A stretch of DNA of 64,000 nt, from the IMG/VR virus record IMGVR_UViG_3300021255_002539, positions 64,001-128,000 of that record; one strand, given 5' to 3'. A program made the translations under genes and the position numbers. The DNA is from a virus (lineage: Duplodnaviria; Caudoviricetes). The notes beneath the pieces are model-generated. The model did not search any database, had not been told where the DNA came from, and was given only the letters and a program-made list of their open reading frames with translations. Shown in pieces: positions 42,611-56,580 of this stretch (its first letter is position 1; each line of letters begins with the position of its first letter).

Positions 42611-45600
42611 CACTGTTGATATGGTTCGTAGACATTGTTGATGTGCTCGGTGTCCTTTGCGATTCCGAACATCATCTTGGATATTCTCCACGCGCAATAT
42701 CTTTCGGGTTCAGGAAGGGATCCAATAACCTTGTACTTGTACCACGCAATCAGGTCCAGACCTGGGTGGTTGGTCTCGAACACATCACCCAAGTTGTAGT
42801 TAGGTGGCAGTGCTGAAGTTGATCCCATTCTGCAGCAATACTCCCATTGTGCCTCTGTTGGAAGGTCGAAGTTGATGCCAGCTTTCTGGCCAGAATACCA
42901 ACCAACTGCCTAACCTGGTTCATATGATATGACCTCGCCACCATCCACACCATCTATTTCAACCTTCCTGGGCTTAGTCTCGTACACGACCTTGTTATTG
43001 AGAATGTCCATGAAGGAAGTCGTTCCAGTCCTTGAATTCATCTGGAACTCGTCGCCCTTTGTGTTCCTGGTGAGTTCATCATATGTTATGGTGTATTTCG
43101 CACCATCGCTTCCACCGACTTGCTTATATACCTGCCCCGTTCCCCTGACCTCGTTGTATGTGGCGTAGTAGTATGGGCGGGTGTCGTCAAGTGGCTTGTA
43201 CACTCCATCTTCAGTCAACTCCCGAATGAAAGTATCGTCGTCGTCCACAGTATATCCACCGCGCACTTGGACAACCACTGGATCAACTTCGATGATGTCG
43301 TCTTCCCACGCAATTCCCCTTCCTCCGGGTCTTGCCTTGTTTCTGTATTCCTCCTTCAATTGCGCCCACTCGTCCTTCTCCCACACGGACAAGTACTTCC
43401 AATAGGAACTCTCGATTTCACGTATGTTGGCACTCAACAATCTTCTTGCTTCAGATTGCGATGGTGTTGTGCCATTTGCCCTCAACTTGATGTAGCACCA
43501 CTGGGCAATCGTCAGCTCGAATGGGTCGATGAAGAAGTGCTTGTTGCGCTGGTATTTGCTGTTTTCTGTGTCTCCTGCCTTTATTGCGTACAAGTCATGA
43601 TCCACATCAGTGTTCTTCTCGACATCGACCCTCTTCTTTTGGTAGGAACCACCATTGCCCAGTGTCACGGTGATGTGGTCGTCAATCGCTCCATCTGGAT
43701 TGGATTCTATATCACGGTACTTCCTGGCTTCCATGTCAGTGACCAGGTCGTAGTCGGACGAATGGCTGCCCATCTCGAATATATCGAACTTTCTTCCTGA
43801 TATGCTTGGGATTCTCAACAACAGCAACTTGTCCTTCTTGTAGAGATCCGTGTTGATGTCGGGCAATGTCCCAAAAAACTTCATTGGGAACTTCCCTGCC
43901 GTGGATTGTTCATTGGAGTTCAAGTCTATTATGCACGAATTGTACGAGAACGAATTGGCAGACGACAAGCTCTCGACTTTTGTTCTGGCAGAGTTGAATA
44001 TCTGATCCAAACCAGAGACATCTTGAATTGGCAATGCTGCCATTTTCACGGAACTGTCCTTGTTGGCGTAGTCCACGACACTCACCCCATTTCCATCAAC
44101 CATGTTCCCAAATACCTGGGTTTGGTATCTATATGCCAATTGAACGGGGGCGGATTTTTGTATATGTTCGTACAATTCATCCATTTTCGGACATATTGCA
44201 GTCCATATGGCGGAATATGCTGCCTTGCACTAGACGGTTGGGTTTTCATTAACCGTAAACCCGTTAAGTTCAATTTCCGAACTATTTGCCAAACAATATT
44301 GAACCCACTTCCAAGCCTTTGGATAGGCGCGGGGTTGGGTTGGGAGATGTTCGCTGTCGAACAAATTCTCTCCGACAATTTGACCATATACTGACAAGGC
44401 ATCGTAATTGGCGGGGAGGTTTGTGCCATTGAATGGTCCATTGAGTTTCCATATTTTGTTGTCCAGAGGCTTGATGGAACCATTGTTTCCGGATGTATCC
44501 TCTCCAAATATCTTTTCATTTCGCGTTATTATCTTCAAATGACCAGTAACAACCTTGGTTGATTCGTTATTGTATGCGTACTCCAATGTAACCATGTCGG
44601 TTGGAGGGGTTTTGAATATGTCACTGGTTTCTGTCTGATACGACGGTATCCCATAACCACTCACCCGGCCGCCGTTTGAATCCAGGTTTTCACTGTATAT
44701 CATGCTCTCGCCAGACACAAAATACCTGAACATGCAAAAGTGCGATCTACTTGAGTTAATTTTATTATTATTGTGCAGGTCTATACAAACACCCAAAATC
44801 TCCATGTTCTCGTGATCCAGGAAATTCTTGTGGAAATAATCAAAGCTACGCCTGTCGTCGGAATTCCAATATGTGCTTGGGTTGCTGTGTGGGAGATACA
44901 CAATGTGCTTTTCCACCCAGTCTTTCAGACCGTCCGACCACCCGGCCGGTGGTTGTGGTCGATAAGTCAAATAGTAGTCTCTAACCTACTTCAAGAAAGC
45001 AACATCAATTGCCTGCCCGTCTGGCAACAAATCTATTCCCTCAAGTACAGCTGCATCGATGTCAGGATTACTCTTCTTCAAATAATTCACAATTTTTTCC
45101 CGCCAGGCCGCAATCGAAATTCCACCATTGGTGATGCTCAACCCACTTGGCAACCCAATCAGGAAATACTTGTATCTATCTTTCTACTTTTCGTTTTTAG
45201 CATCATTGAGGAATGTATCTATGTCATATGTTCTTTTGCCTATTATAGTGTGGTTGGATGTATATGGATTTTCAAGTCCAAATATCGTGGGTATTGCAGA
45301 TACCCATCTGGAGTTTATCGTACTCTATTTGTCTTGATAGGGGATTGGATTCCTCATTCTACCATTATTGCTCAGTATCCATTGCAGATTCGACACGACC
45401 AATGTACCGAAGTCCCATTTCGTTCCTGCCCATTCCTCCTTCTGCTCCTCATGGCAATCATTCCACAAGGCCTTTTTGTCGGTTCCAGTTGGGATAGAAG
45501 CATTTATCGTGCTCTGCCAATCTTCAGGAAGTTCAATCTTCAACATGTCCTTGAACATGTCTATGTCGTTGTATGGGAACAAATGTGTTGGGTCAGTAGT

Positions 45601-48600
45601 GTCGTCATGTACTGGATGGGGTGCGTCAGAATCCATCACGAACATATACACATTGGTTGGATCTGTGGTATTCGCCATGGAATCCATCAACCTGTAGTAG
45701 CCAATTGTCTTTGCCATTGTGTAGTCGATGGACTTTATCCTGTCTTTCTGGGCCTTTTTTGCTGTTGTGGTTATACTTTCTATCGTATAGCCCAGTTCAG
45801 CGAACCTTCCTTGTTTTATGAGTTCTTTCTGTTCCTTGGTCAACAAGTTCTCCGCCGAACAATCTGCCAATGGGGAATAGAATCCATTCAAATCCAGATC
45901 TTCTATTTCCAAGTCTCTGGTCTACGATAGACCCCCAACTCTCTTGTAATCCCAATTCAAATAGCCATTCTCCAATGTTGTCTGTCCATTCAATCCCATC
46001 CTGGTTGGGATCGGGATCGTCCAAGTTATCTTTTGTCCACCATTCTTTTTCTCCAGTTCAGAACCCCTAAAGGTGAGTTCTGTTATCCTTTGCTTAATCG
46101 GTAGAATTGATGTGATTGGTCCAAGCCAGGAGTTATACAAGTATTCCAATGAAGAAGAATATTCATTGCCGTCCAACCCGATTTCTGTCAAGTAGTCCCT
46201 AACCTAGGTCTTCAAATCTTCATCTCTGAACAACCTCAGTGAGTGGGGGTCTGGTGGTTGTTGGGAATCGTTCAACTTGCTTCCAGCATCAACATAGAAT
46301 GCCAGTTTGTTCCCACTCATTGTGGTTGGGAACGACACCAATTCGAAATCGAAATCCCTGAATTCGGCGTCGTTTGTGCCTCCAAAATAGTGTTTTGCCA
46401 CACGGGAGAACGAGTTGTCGAACTCGTTTGAGAACACGAATATCAACCTGGGGACATTCTTTCTGAACATGAACGCCTAACCCCTGTTCCATGGTCTGGC
46501 ATAGAAGTATCCATCCCTGATAAGCTTGTCCAACATGTCGCAGACGGGTTCGCAACCAGCCCACCAACTGGACAAGGTTCCATTGTCGTTCTACGCAAAT
46601 GGCCATTCGTATATGTCAGCCTTCTCCTTGGAGATGTCGTAGGTGAATAGGTTATAATTGTGCTTGAATATGTCCCCTTTCGTCGCATCATCTGAATATT
46701 TTTTGTAGTTGTCCCCCGATACATTGCCGTATGTCAAAACATCTCCGGATCTATATACTGGAACACCACAAAAGATGTCGACTTTCTTTTCAATTTTTTT
46801 GGAATAACGGGTGATTGTATGCCCCTTCCATGGATCACCCCCACCACCACCGATGAATCTACCGCTATGAGATGATCCACCAGAACTACCACCATCCCTC
46901 AATGACATTGTTGAAATGGATTCATCGTCGCCCACCCCAAACGACATCTTCTTCTGTTCGGGAAGTACATTGGATTTGACAGTTCTGATTGACGCACCAT
47001 CCTGACGGCCTTGCCATTCTTCCATGTACTGTTTGAACTTGTAGCACAATCCACTAGGCTGTCCAGATACATCCGTGCTGTTGTTTATCTTTTGTATTTT
47101 GCCGGTATGGTATGTACCATTAATAATATCGCGTTCTTCATCTTCTGCCAGGTCTATCCAATCCTTGCATTCAGGTTTCATTTCCCCGTCTTTGTGGTCT
47201 CGACCCTATGTATATGGTGAATTTTTCCAGAATGAGCTATGCCAGCTATGCCAATCCCCGGATTTTGTTGTTCGATTAGTAATTTTGTATCTGCAATATG
47301 CTGTTTGGCTGACATCCTTGACTTTCTGCCCACACATCATGTGAATTGTCGGTCCCAGGAACAAGGCGGATGCAACATGGCACTTGTCCTTGATGTCGTC
47401 GTTGTCGTTGCCGTCAGTGACTTTGCCAGCATATAGCTTTACGATTTCATTGGCTTGTTCAACCATCTTCTGAATTTGGCTGTCGTTTGATGCCGATGCG
47501 TCGAAGAGGAAGAACAAGTCAACAGGTCCAGTTACAACAGTGGAACCAGATTCGCCATATGCAGTGAATGTCATGGATGGTCTGAACCCAACATTCTCAT
47601 GTGTGGAGTTCTTGGACTTGTTCTGTTTTCTGCCTATGCTTTCCCTGGCTGGGGATATCGTGTTCCTCGCGAATTGATCGAACGCACCACCCTTGATGAC
47701 CTTTTCTGTAGTTGTAATATCCCCCTTGGTTCCAACGATGTGGTTTACAGACGAACCAGCGTGTCTATCGCTCCAGTCGTCCCTCACGAGTTCCCACACA
47801 TTGCCGAGCATGTCGTACATCTTGATGTCTGAACTGGGGGCATTCAATTTGCCAACCCTGTGAATCATGTAGTCGTTGTAGGACCACTCGTATCTCCAAT
47901 AGAGGCTTGGAACAACCTGGAATGTTATGCCCTTCATGTCCTCCACCGTGAGATCGTGTACATCCTTGTCCATCGTCTCCATCGAGGTGTATACTGGGAC
48001 AACCTGCTTGTTCATCACAGTTTGTTGTATCCTGCGAACCCATCTGTTCGTTACATCATCTGGGTGATATTCAGCAAATGGATACATCTGGTCCAGGTCA
48101 ACCAACTGGCCAAACCGCTCTGTCGTGTCAACTAGGCTCTACTGGAGTGTCTGGAAGTCTCCAATTACATATGAGGTTGGGAGGTCGCCATACTTGTGCC
48201 CCTTGAAGTAGCCATGCAGGTCTTCCTCTCCTGCATTTGGTTGGTCTGGCCTTATTCCATCCTCGTCGTCTGAGGCATCCATTCCTGCCAGGGACAGAAC
48301 CCTAAACGAGTCTGTGCTTTCCATTATCTCCTTGTAGGTCAATGACGCTCTGGCCATGTCGTTTGACACGAGTTGGCTGAAGGTGCTGTACTTGTTGCTC
48401 AACCTGCGCTTTTCAGCAGCAATCTCGTCATTTGTCAACCTCACATCCCCAGTGAACAGAACGAGCGAGGCCTGATGCTCCCTGGCGTTCCTCTCCAGTA
48501 TGGATGTCACCTCTATGAAGGAGTTTGTCCACTTCACCAGGCAAGGTTCTCCATAGTTGGTGGAGATGTGGTCTATGTCTCCGAATGTGCTGCGCTGTCC

Positions 48601-51600
48601 TCCAAGCGTCTTCTGCCTCGCCTTGAATGTCCTGTAGATGCCCTTGACAATCTTCTTGGTGTATGTCTCCAGCTGGGTCCAGGATGTCATATCGTCACCC
48701 AGTTCCCTGTTCCTGTTCTTGAAGTACTTGATGTAGGCGTAGTGCCGAACCACATTCCAGAGGTTCCACACAATCTGCCTATTCTCCATCGAACCAAGTA
48801 TGTCCTTGTTCAAGTCCCCAGGCACGGCCTTTGCCACCATGTCTGTCTCACCATTGGAGTACTGTCCCATGAAGTACTTGTCGGCAATTGGGTCTTCGTG
48901 TTGGTTCGTTCCAAAGTCGTTGCTTGGGTGGTGTACCTTCCACTTCTCGTCAGTTCCAGCGTAGTTGGGATCGAACGCCCCCTTGTACACATTGCCAGAG
49001 TTGTCTGTCGTCAGAACGGCGTGTCCATTCGCGTCCTTCGCGAAGTCGACTCCCAGGGTATGGGCGACCGCATGCCACCTCTGCTCGTCCTTCACGATTG
49101 GCTTGTGTACCTCTTCCCCAGTGGCAGTAACAGTGGTCTCCTCGTCCTGCCTCTCGTGTGCGCAACTCCAGCACCAACCACCCTCTTGGTAGTTCAACTT
49201 CGCGCTGCTGGACAATCCATAGCAATCCACATCTGGACCGTTGTTCTTTACGCCCCTGTTGTCCCACCAGAACACATATGGCATTATGTCCTCAATCTCC
49301 ACCACCTGATCAATCTAGTCCATTGGCTCAACCATCGTGATGTAGAACCAAACGGAATCCTCGTCGAAATCGTCTATCGCATGTGCCTGACCCAGGTTGT
49401 ACTGGTACTTTGGCGAATTCACATAGGAGCCCGTCATGTCATAGTCGTCAACCCAATCCTGCAGGGGGAACCTGGGATTGTCTGGGAGGTTTTCGTATGC
49501 AGATCCATAGACGCCATTGTAGGTGTCTGGTTCGTGGTCCTGGTTGGTGTCCAACATCGTCAACTGCTTAAGTGTGTTGAGCGAAATCAAGTTGTTGTGC
49601 AATTTGGAGAGGATTCTGAGGTTGTTGTCCCCATGGTGATGGCGCGCCAGGAACTCGCAGGAATCCACCATGTCGCCGAAGTTGGGGTCAGCGCGCCTGT
49701 CCATGAAGGACTGCTCGAATATGACGCCATTTATGTGGTTGGAGGTGGTTGGGAATGCGCCAGAAGTCAAATCCAACATGTCACTGTACACTTCGCCATT
49801 GCGCCCCTTGTTGAAGAACGGCTGCATGAAGTATGTCCAATCCCTGTTGTTGTACAGCCAGCACCATGTATTGGCCGCCTTGTCCTCCCTCGTTGTTGGG
49901 TCGATGTATATCCTCTGCAGGTCAGAATCCATCTGCAGGAAGTTGCTGCCACACACATGGTTGTGGTGGTCGTAGGAGGATGGAACATACAGCGCGCCCT
50001 CGTTGTACTCCATGTCAACCATCGTCTTGGATGGGATTGTACACCAACCGAAAACGCCATAGTCGTTCTTCTCGTCGCAATCGCACTTCAAGGTCTGACC
50101 CTGACAATCGTCGAATATGTCCCTGACCTCTGGCATCGCAACTGGCCTGTACTTCTTCACGGTGGATGTGAACGTCTGAACCTGCTTGTTCGTCCTCGCA
50201 ATTGGATTCAACTTGTGCTTGATGAAGTCGGTTATGTCTGTTGGGGATTGCACAGAGGTGTTCTCGTACAGGCAAATTGGGCTGACGACATACATCATTT
50301 GCTCGTCTGCCAACTCTGGATGCAGTCTTTGACTTTGCTCTGCCCCAGAATCCCTTGTCTTGTTGACCCCCAACCACTCCTTCTTGTAGTCGTAGAAGTA
50401 GTGGAAGTCGTTGTACTGAACGCCAGTAATCTCCACGTTCACTGGGCGTATTCTCCCCTGGGCATATTCGCCAGAAGTACAACATATCAACCTGTCTCCC
50501 TGAACTTGGTTTGCGGCATGGAAGTTGGAGAACTTCAACTCGATGGTTGGCTCAAACGATATCCACTTCTTGTCGTCCTGGTTGTGCCAAACCTGATTGT
50601 CGTCTGGTCTCTCGCACACAATCTTGTCCTCGGATCCAGCTTGTTCACAAACCACCTTGTCCCCCTCTCCAACGCACATTATGTCAGAGCCAGTTGTGTA
50701 GCCATACCACCAATTGGATGGCTCGGGGACATCAATCTTGAGGAAGTACTCCTGGTGCGCGATGTCCAGGTTGATCTTGAGCAAGGCATTCAACAAAACC
50801 TCAACGTCGCCTATGTCCATTATCGACAACTGACGGAAGTCGTTTTCCTGCTACTTGTATGTTGGTTCCCCATACATGTCGACCAGCATCTTCACATATG
50901 GGCAATTCCACAGTTCCTCGAAATGCTTACCACTTGCAGTTGGGTCCAATCCACACAACCCACAATGAAAACTGGATTCGGTTGAGTCAACAACGAGGTT
51001 GGAGCAATCAGAAAACACATCCTAGTCAATCTACGACTGTTCAACCTCCACGGGAATTTCGTTGTCTTCTTGATGCTCAATGGATCCAAGGTCCATCTCC
51101 ACAACCTCGTCGTAGACAGCGACAAACACCATGTCAGAAAGCACCGTGAAGGATGAGGACAAGTTGCCAGACTCCAGCAGCCAATATCTGAACTTGAACT
51201 GGTGTCCATCATCCGTAGTGTAGTGGTTCTGAATGTGGAAGTTTGGAATTCTGCAGTTCTGAACGACATCAAACCTCTGTTCTGTCCTGGTCCCACCCAC
51301 ATCCATGTACTTGAACACGACATTGAGCATGCTGTTCTTGATTTCAACGACAACAGCCTCGTTCACAACGCCGTATTCTGGCATTTCTCCATTCTCGCAA
51401 ACAATTGGTTCTGATGTATCACCACACACAATTGGCTCGGCGTCTTCTCCACATACCACAAACTCGTTGGAATCGACGCCACCTATGTAGCTGCCATTTG
51501 GAATCGTCCAACCACCAAACTTGAATTCAGTATCCACCAGTTGTGGATCGTGGTCTGGAACGACCATTTGGTTCTTCTTGTTGTCTATCAGAACCTCGCA

Positions 51601-54276
51601 ATAGAGCTTTTCCCCAACAGTGAACTTGACCTTGTATACAGAATCCTCCCACATCGCCCGAAACGTCAAAACTGGTGGTTTGTCCATGTTGTACACGATT
51701 TGGGGAGTGAAGTTCTTTCCAGGGTACAATGTATATGTCGTGTTCCCAAGCGAGTATTTCCAACTGCTGAACCTCCCCGTCTTGACCTTCGGGGATTCAT
51801 ACCCACTTGTTGGTTGCCATGAACTGTCGTCGTGGTATGTGTATAGCGACTCTTCCTTGGCATATTCGTACCCACATGCCGGCACTGGAGTCGACTTGCC
51901 AGACTATACAACGATTGGGTCCATGTGCCCAGATACAGACGAATCGTCGCTTTGGAACTGCACTATGTAGTCGGACACCCACATGGCGTGTATTGTCATC
52001 GTGGTCTTGCCATATTCGAAGTTCTTGGGAGTCAGAACCGACTTTGTCGTGTAATCGACTCTTGAACCACCACTGGTCTTGCTGAACCCAGACAGAACAT
52101 AATTCACTGTCTTCCCATTTGCCGTGAATGTTGGCTTTTCCACGACAACCAATTGGGACAAGTCGAATTCGCCTCCAGCATCCTCGAATTGCACATGCAG
52201 GATGTTGCTTCCTGGCATCCATTCGGCAGAACCATCGGGGAACTGTATGTTGCCATGCGCCCCACCCTGCCAGGTCATGAATGCAGTCGTTGAGCAGTCT
52301 ATGAACAAGTCCCAGGTTCCAGTATAGTTGTCCTAATCTGAGGTAGCCCTGGCCAACATCGTCTTCGCAATTGGCGTATCCAGGAACTCCCTTGGGCTGG
52401 ACGCCTGCCTATCGAGCAATGGGCACAAATCCCACTTCTTGTCCAGCCAGTCCATCGTCTGCTTGGAGAGAACCTGGTTGAACTCCCTCAGCACTGCGCG
52501 TTCGTTTTTGTCCAGGACATCACTGTTGTTCTCGTATGTCTTTAGCTTCGTGAGGTATCTGAGGTAGTCCTTCCCCACTTCGTCTTCTGTATCGTAGTAT
52601 ATCCCCAAGTCGTGGTCAGACTTCTTGAGTGAGTCAGTCGTCAAGTACTTGTAGCCAGAATCCAGGTTGATGTGCCTTTGGAAGGTCTCAGTTGGCGTTG
52701 ACTTGAACTGAAGGTATTTGTATATCCTGGAGAACACGCGCTCGATGACGATGGCGCACTGGGATTCAGAATAGTACTGCGCATTTGCCTCGGTGAATTC
52801 CTCAACCCCATTGGTGTTTGGGTTGAATATGTTGAGGATATGTTCGTTCTGCACAACCGAGAAAGCGTCAACCAGTGCATCGAAGCCAGAAGCGACCATC
52901 TTTGGCAGGACAGACCCCTTCATGTCGGAAACGAAGTTTGGCTTGGTGTACTTCCCATCCTCTGGTACTGCAATCTCCATCAACTCGCAATACTCCCTGC
53001 CAGACATCACCTCGTATGCCCGTCCCAGGTGCAAATTGGTGTACCTCGTGAACCTGGAGTACCCATCGAAGCTGGAGTATACCTTGCCCTTCTGCTCGAA
53101 CCAATCGAAGTCAGAAGCATATGCTGTCACCTGTCCCCTGTAGCCCTCCAATCCACGCACCAACCCGCAAATCTTCTTGAGGACACCCCTGGGAGTCGTG
53201 TTCTCCCTTCTGTCGTTTCTGATTGCGCTTGATTTCAACTTGTACTTCTGCCACAAATCGTCGTCCCATACAACCTGTTCACCCTCCTTCTTGTGGGGGT
53301 TCATGTTCATGTACCTGTCGTCGAATGGATATTGGGCGTCAATCTGCCTGTAGAGCAATTGATACCAAATGTCCAACGCCAAGATGCCCTCCCATTGCGT
53401 GTGTGGATGCTTGAACCCATATACCTCGTGGCACATTCTGATGTTGGAGAGCTTTGCGAACAAGGATGCCAAGTGTTCGCAGAAGGTGTAGATGTAGGCC
53501 CTCTCGTCCTGCTCCAACACAATGTTCCTGAACTTGTCCTTCGCGTCCTCCAATTCCTTCTTGAGGTTGCCCAGTTCGTATAGCTTTGATGTCAACTTGT
53601 GCCTGTTCTTGTCGACTTGGTTTTCCTTGACATCGTATACCCCAGTGTTGTAGTCGGTTAGGAACTTGTCTGAGTATATGCCAGTCATTGGTATGTTCTA
53701 ATCGCCAATTCTGTATTCACCCACCTGCGAATAGTCCACAAATGGCGTGTATGTGAAGGAATCCACGAAGAAGCCACCCATGGACTCGTTGAACTTCTGC
53801 CCGAACTCGTTGTTGAACTCTGCGAATTGACCACTGACGTTCTTCAAACCACACCAGGTGCTGCCCTCTGCGACAGAAAACCCCTTGAACCCACCCCGAT
53901 TGTCCGAGTAGAACGTCAACCCATCCTTGAACAAGTTGAAGTCAGAAGAGAACATGAGGCCAGAGAAGTCCTACAGGACAATCCTCTCAATGTGGTCGAA
54001 TGGCGTATTCAGCCTGTCCATTATGTTGGGCCAGTACTCGGGGTTGTTGTTCACCAGGATTTCAGATTTGGTGTTATCGGGCTATAGTGCCGACCTGCCA
54101 TCCTCAACCGACGGTGCAGTATATGTTGGAGGCAGGTTCTGAAGCATCTCCTTGCGCACCTCGTAGTCAGTACGCTCCTTCTTCATCACATCGCGAATCA
54201 GCTTCTGAACCTGATTAGTTACCCGTTCTTTCAATTTGTCAATGTAGTCCATGATCTTTCGTCTATCACTATCCAA
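42610..54276 (-). CDS. ~3,888-aa giant virion/adhesin protein: InlB-B/Listeria-Bacteroides-like repeats, vWA-like domain, split FGE-sulfatase (C-type lectin fold) domain; 20 TAG=Gln codons
   Basis: Fifteen track ORFs share one frame; I read every gap and found only TAG, never TAA/TGA, until TGA 42610; motifs DLFFLFDASAS, YDMLGNVWE, FDLPTEAQWEYCCR; GTAAATA at 54285-54291. Confidence 0.8.
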
Positions 54277-54366
54277 TCAAGGACTATTTACCATTCCATG
54301 AGCAAAAAGAAAGATGTCCCGGGAAACCCCCAGGACACCATCATCATCCACAAATGGAATCAAGCA

Positions 54367-56580
54367 TCAAATCTCAACTGCAGTGTGCTTTACTCTGTCC
54401 TCGGTCTCCCTTTGCTTTCCATAGTTGAATGCTGTCTTGTAGTTTCCGGTCAGATAGCCCGTCACACGTCGAAGACGTTGAATGTTAGAAGAGCCACACT
54501 GAGGGCACTTCTCCCCAATCTCGTCCATATAGCCACAATCGTTGCATATGTCGTTCGGCACATTCACTGCGAAGTACGGAATGTCCTTGTCCATCGCGTA
54601 GTTTACCAGTTCCTCGATTGCCTGCACATTGTTCTTCGCAGAACCATCGAGTTCAACATATGTAATACAGCCTGCCGAGCTGTATCCAGTCAACTGGCTT
54701 TCAAGGTCAATCTTCTCGAATGGGGTCATCTTCTCCCACACAGGAATGTGCATGGAGTTCGTGAAGTAGTCGTGGTCAGAGACGTGCTCAATCACCCCAT
54801 ACTTCGCCTTGAACTTCTTCATCGCAGTATAGCACAGATTCTCTGCAGGGGTGTAGTACACGCCGAAGTTCAACTTGTATTCCTGCTTGAACTCAGCGCA
54901 CCTGTCCTTGAACAATTGCTCAATGCGCTTTGCCAATTCCATGCCCTTCTTCGTGGCGTGGTTGCATCCAATGAGGATGTGAAGGGTTTCTGCAAGTCCA
55001 AGCTGCCCAATTGCCAAAGTGCCATGCTTCAACGCGGACTTGATGCCCTCCTCAGGCTTGTAGCCATACATCGTGCCATTCTCGTACATGAACTTGGCAG
55101 ATGCTGCTGGCTGAGAGCTTATCCAATCGAACCTTTCAAGCAAGGAATCCTTGGCTTCGTGAATCTTCTTGTCAAGCAACTTCATGAACTCCTCAACCAA
55201 GTCGGTTCCAGCCTTCTCTGCCTTCTTCTTCGCTTGCATAGCAAGAACGGGCATTATTAAAGTCACGGGACATATGTTGCCCCTTCCATCCTTGAGATGC
55301 TTAAGCTTTGGATCATCGGCATTGATATCCCACGAAGAAAACGTTCTGCAGCCCATCGTGCTTGGATATGTGCAGGGATTGTCCTTGTCATAACCAATGT
55401 CATTGGTCCAATCACAGTTACAAAAATTCGGATACAGCCTCAATGCGGTGGATTTGCAAGCCAGCTTGAACAAGTCGTAGTTGGGGTCTCCCTTCTTTCG
55501 GTTCACGCCCTTCATGCACTGAAAGATGCCACATGGGAAGATGCTCGTCTTGTGGAACTTGCCAATGCCCTTGATGGAACCCTCAAGCAACGCCTTTGTC
55601 ACCATCCTGCCCTCTGGGAGTGTGCAGGTACCATAGTTGATCGAAGTGAACGGCAATTGGTTTCCACTGCGCGACTGAAGTGTATTGAGGTTGTGATACA
55701 TTCCCTCCACTGCCTGGTTAAGCTCCTCAATTGTCTTGTCCATTGCGTACTTGTATGCATCGGAATCCTTTGCATAGAAATCATCGTCTATTGACAGCTC
55801 ACGAATTTCCTTCTTGCTCTTGACAACCGATTCTGGACATTTATCAATGTAAAAGGCACCGTCCCAATAATGCTTGAAGAAGCTGAGACGAACATATGGA
55901 ACCATAGTCCAATCAAGATGCGTCGCTGCAACTCCTCCAAACTGTTGTAGACTTTGGAGTTGGAATATCACGGCGACCAACTGAAACGCGGTGTTGAGTG
56001 AACCAGCCGGTCTTACATCACCCTGCCTCGTGTTGAATCCATCGGCAAGCAACTTGTCGAATGGAATCGACAAACAGTTGTGGGATCCTACTGCATAGGA
56101 ATCCAGGTCGTGTATGTAGATTTCGTTGTTGTTGTGGTTGTGGCGGGTCTTCTTGCCCACCAGATGCTCAAGCGCATATCCCTTCGTCACGAAGCTCGCA
56201 GTCTCGCCCATTCTTCCACCAAAGGAGTACTCGTCCACATTGGCATTCTGATTCTGAACATTGCTTGCCGTCAACTTCTCTGTGAGGAACTTGGTGTTTC
56301 TGACGCGCTCCTTCTCGTATCTATATGTGATGTACTTCTTCGCCACCTCGTAGCCAGAAGCCTCCATCAGCTTCTTCTCTATGACATCCTCCAATATGTC
56401 GATGTCTATGGGTTCCTCCAGTGTCTCGCAGAACGCCACAACCGAATCTGTTATCCTCTTCAGTTGCTTGGATGTCAGCTTCTCGTCTGACTTCACATTG
56501 TCGTTTGCCTTGATTATCGAGTTCAATATCTTCTTTGGCTCCAGGTCCTCCACCTTGCCATCTCTTTTAATAACTGTCAT
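54367..56580 (-). CDS. nrdD: Anaerobic ribonucleoside-triphosphate reductase with ATP cone
   Basis: VIKRDG ATP cone, IYIHDLD, TMGCRT, YYTPAENLC, CNDC...CPQCG, LRRVTGYL. Confidence 0.95.
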   Translation of the reverse strand: MTVIKRDGKVEDLEPKKILNSIIKANDNVKSDEKLTSKQLKRITDSVVAFCETLEEPIDIDILEDVIEKKLMEASGYEVAKKYITYRYEKERVRNTKFLTEKLTASNVQNQNANVDEYSFGGRMGETASFVTKGYALEHLVGKKTRHNHNNNEIYIHDLDSYAVGSHNCLSIPFDKLLADGFNTRQGDVRPAGSLNTAFQLVAVIFQLQSLQQFGGVAATHLDWTMVPYVRLSFFKHYWDGAFYIDKCPESVVKSKKEIRELSIDDDFYAKDSDAYKYAMDKTIEELNQAVEGMYHNLNTLQSRSGNQLPFTSINYGTCTLPEGRMVTKALLEGSIKGIGKFHKTSIFPCGIFQCMKGVNRKKGDPNYDLFKLACKSTALRLYPNFCNCDWTNDIGYDKDNPCTYPSTMGCRTFSSWDINADDPKLKHLKDGRGNICPVTLIMPVLAMQAKKKAEKAGTDLVEEFMKLLDKKIHEAKDSLLERFDWISSQPAASAKFMYENGTMYGYKPEEGIKSALKHGTLAIGQLGLAETLHILIGCNHATKKGMELAKRIEQLFKDRCAEFKQEYKLNFGVYYTPAENLCYTAMKKFKAKYGVIEHVSDHDYFTNSMHIPVWEKMTPFEKIDLESQLTGYSSAGCITYVELDGSAKNNVQAIEELVNYAMDKDIPYFAVNVPNDICNDCGYMDEIGEKCPQCGSSNIQRLRRVTGYLTGNYKTAFNYGKQRETEDRVKHTAVEI

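Noticed and set aside
47560-47880. Diversity-generating retroelement targeting the FGE/CLec domain
   Set aside because: No reverse transcriptase and no template/variable repeat pair visible in the window
48373-50985. 870-aa plus-strand ORF, and similar long antisense ORFs at 586-1896, 28356-29834, 35026-36138, 41008-42111, 44773-45930 and 54298-55260
   Set aside because: Antisense shadows of real genes caused by codon bias; Val/Leu/His-rich sequences with no motifs, RBS or promoter
42610-54276. Interpretation as a pseudogene cluster or 15 separate small genes
   Set aside because: All fragments share one frame and are interrupted only by TAG; random decay would also give TAA/TGA and frameshifts
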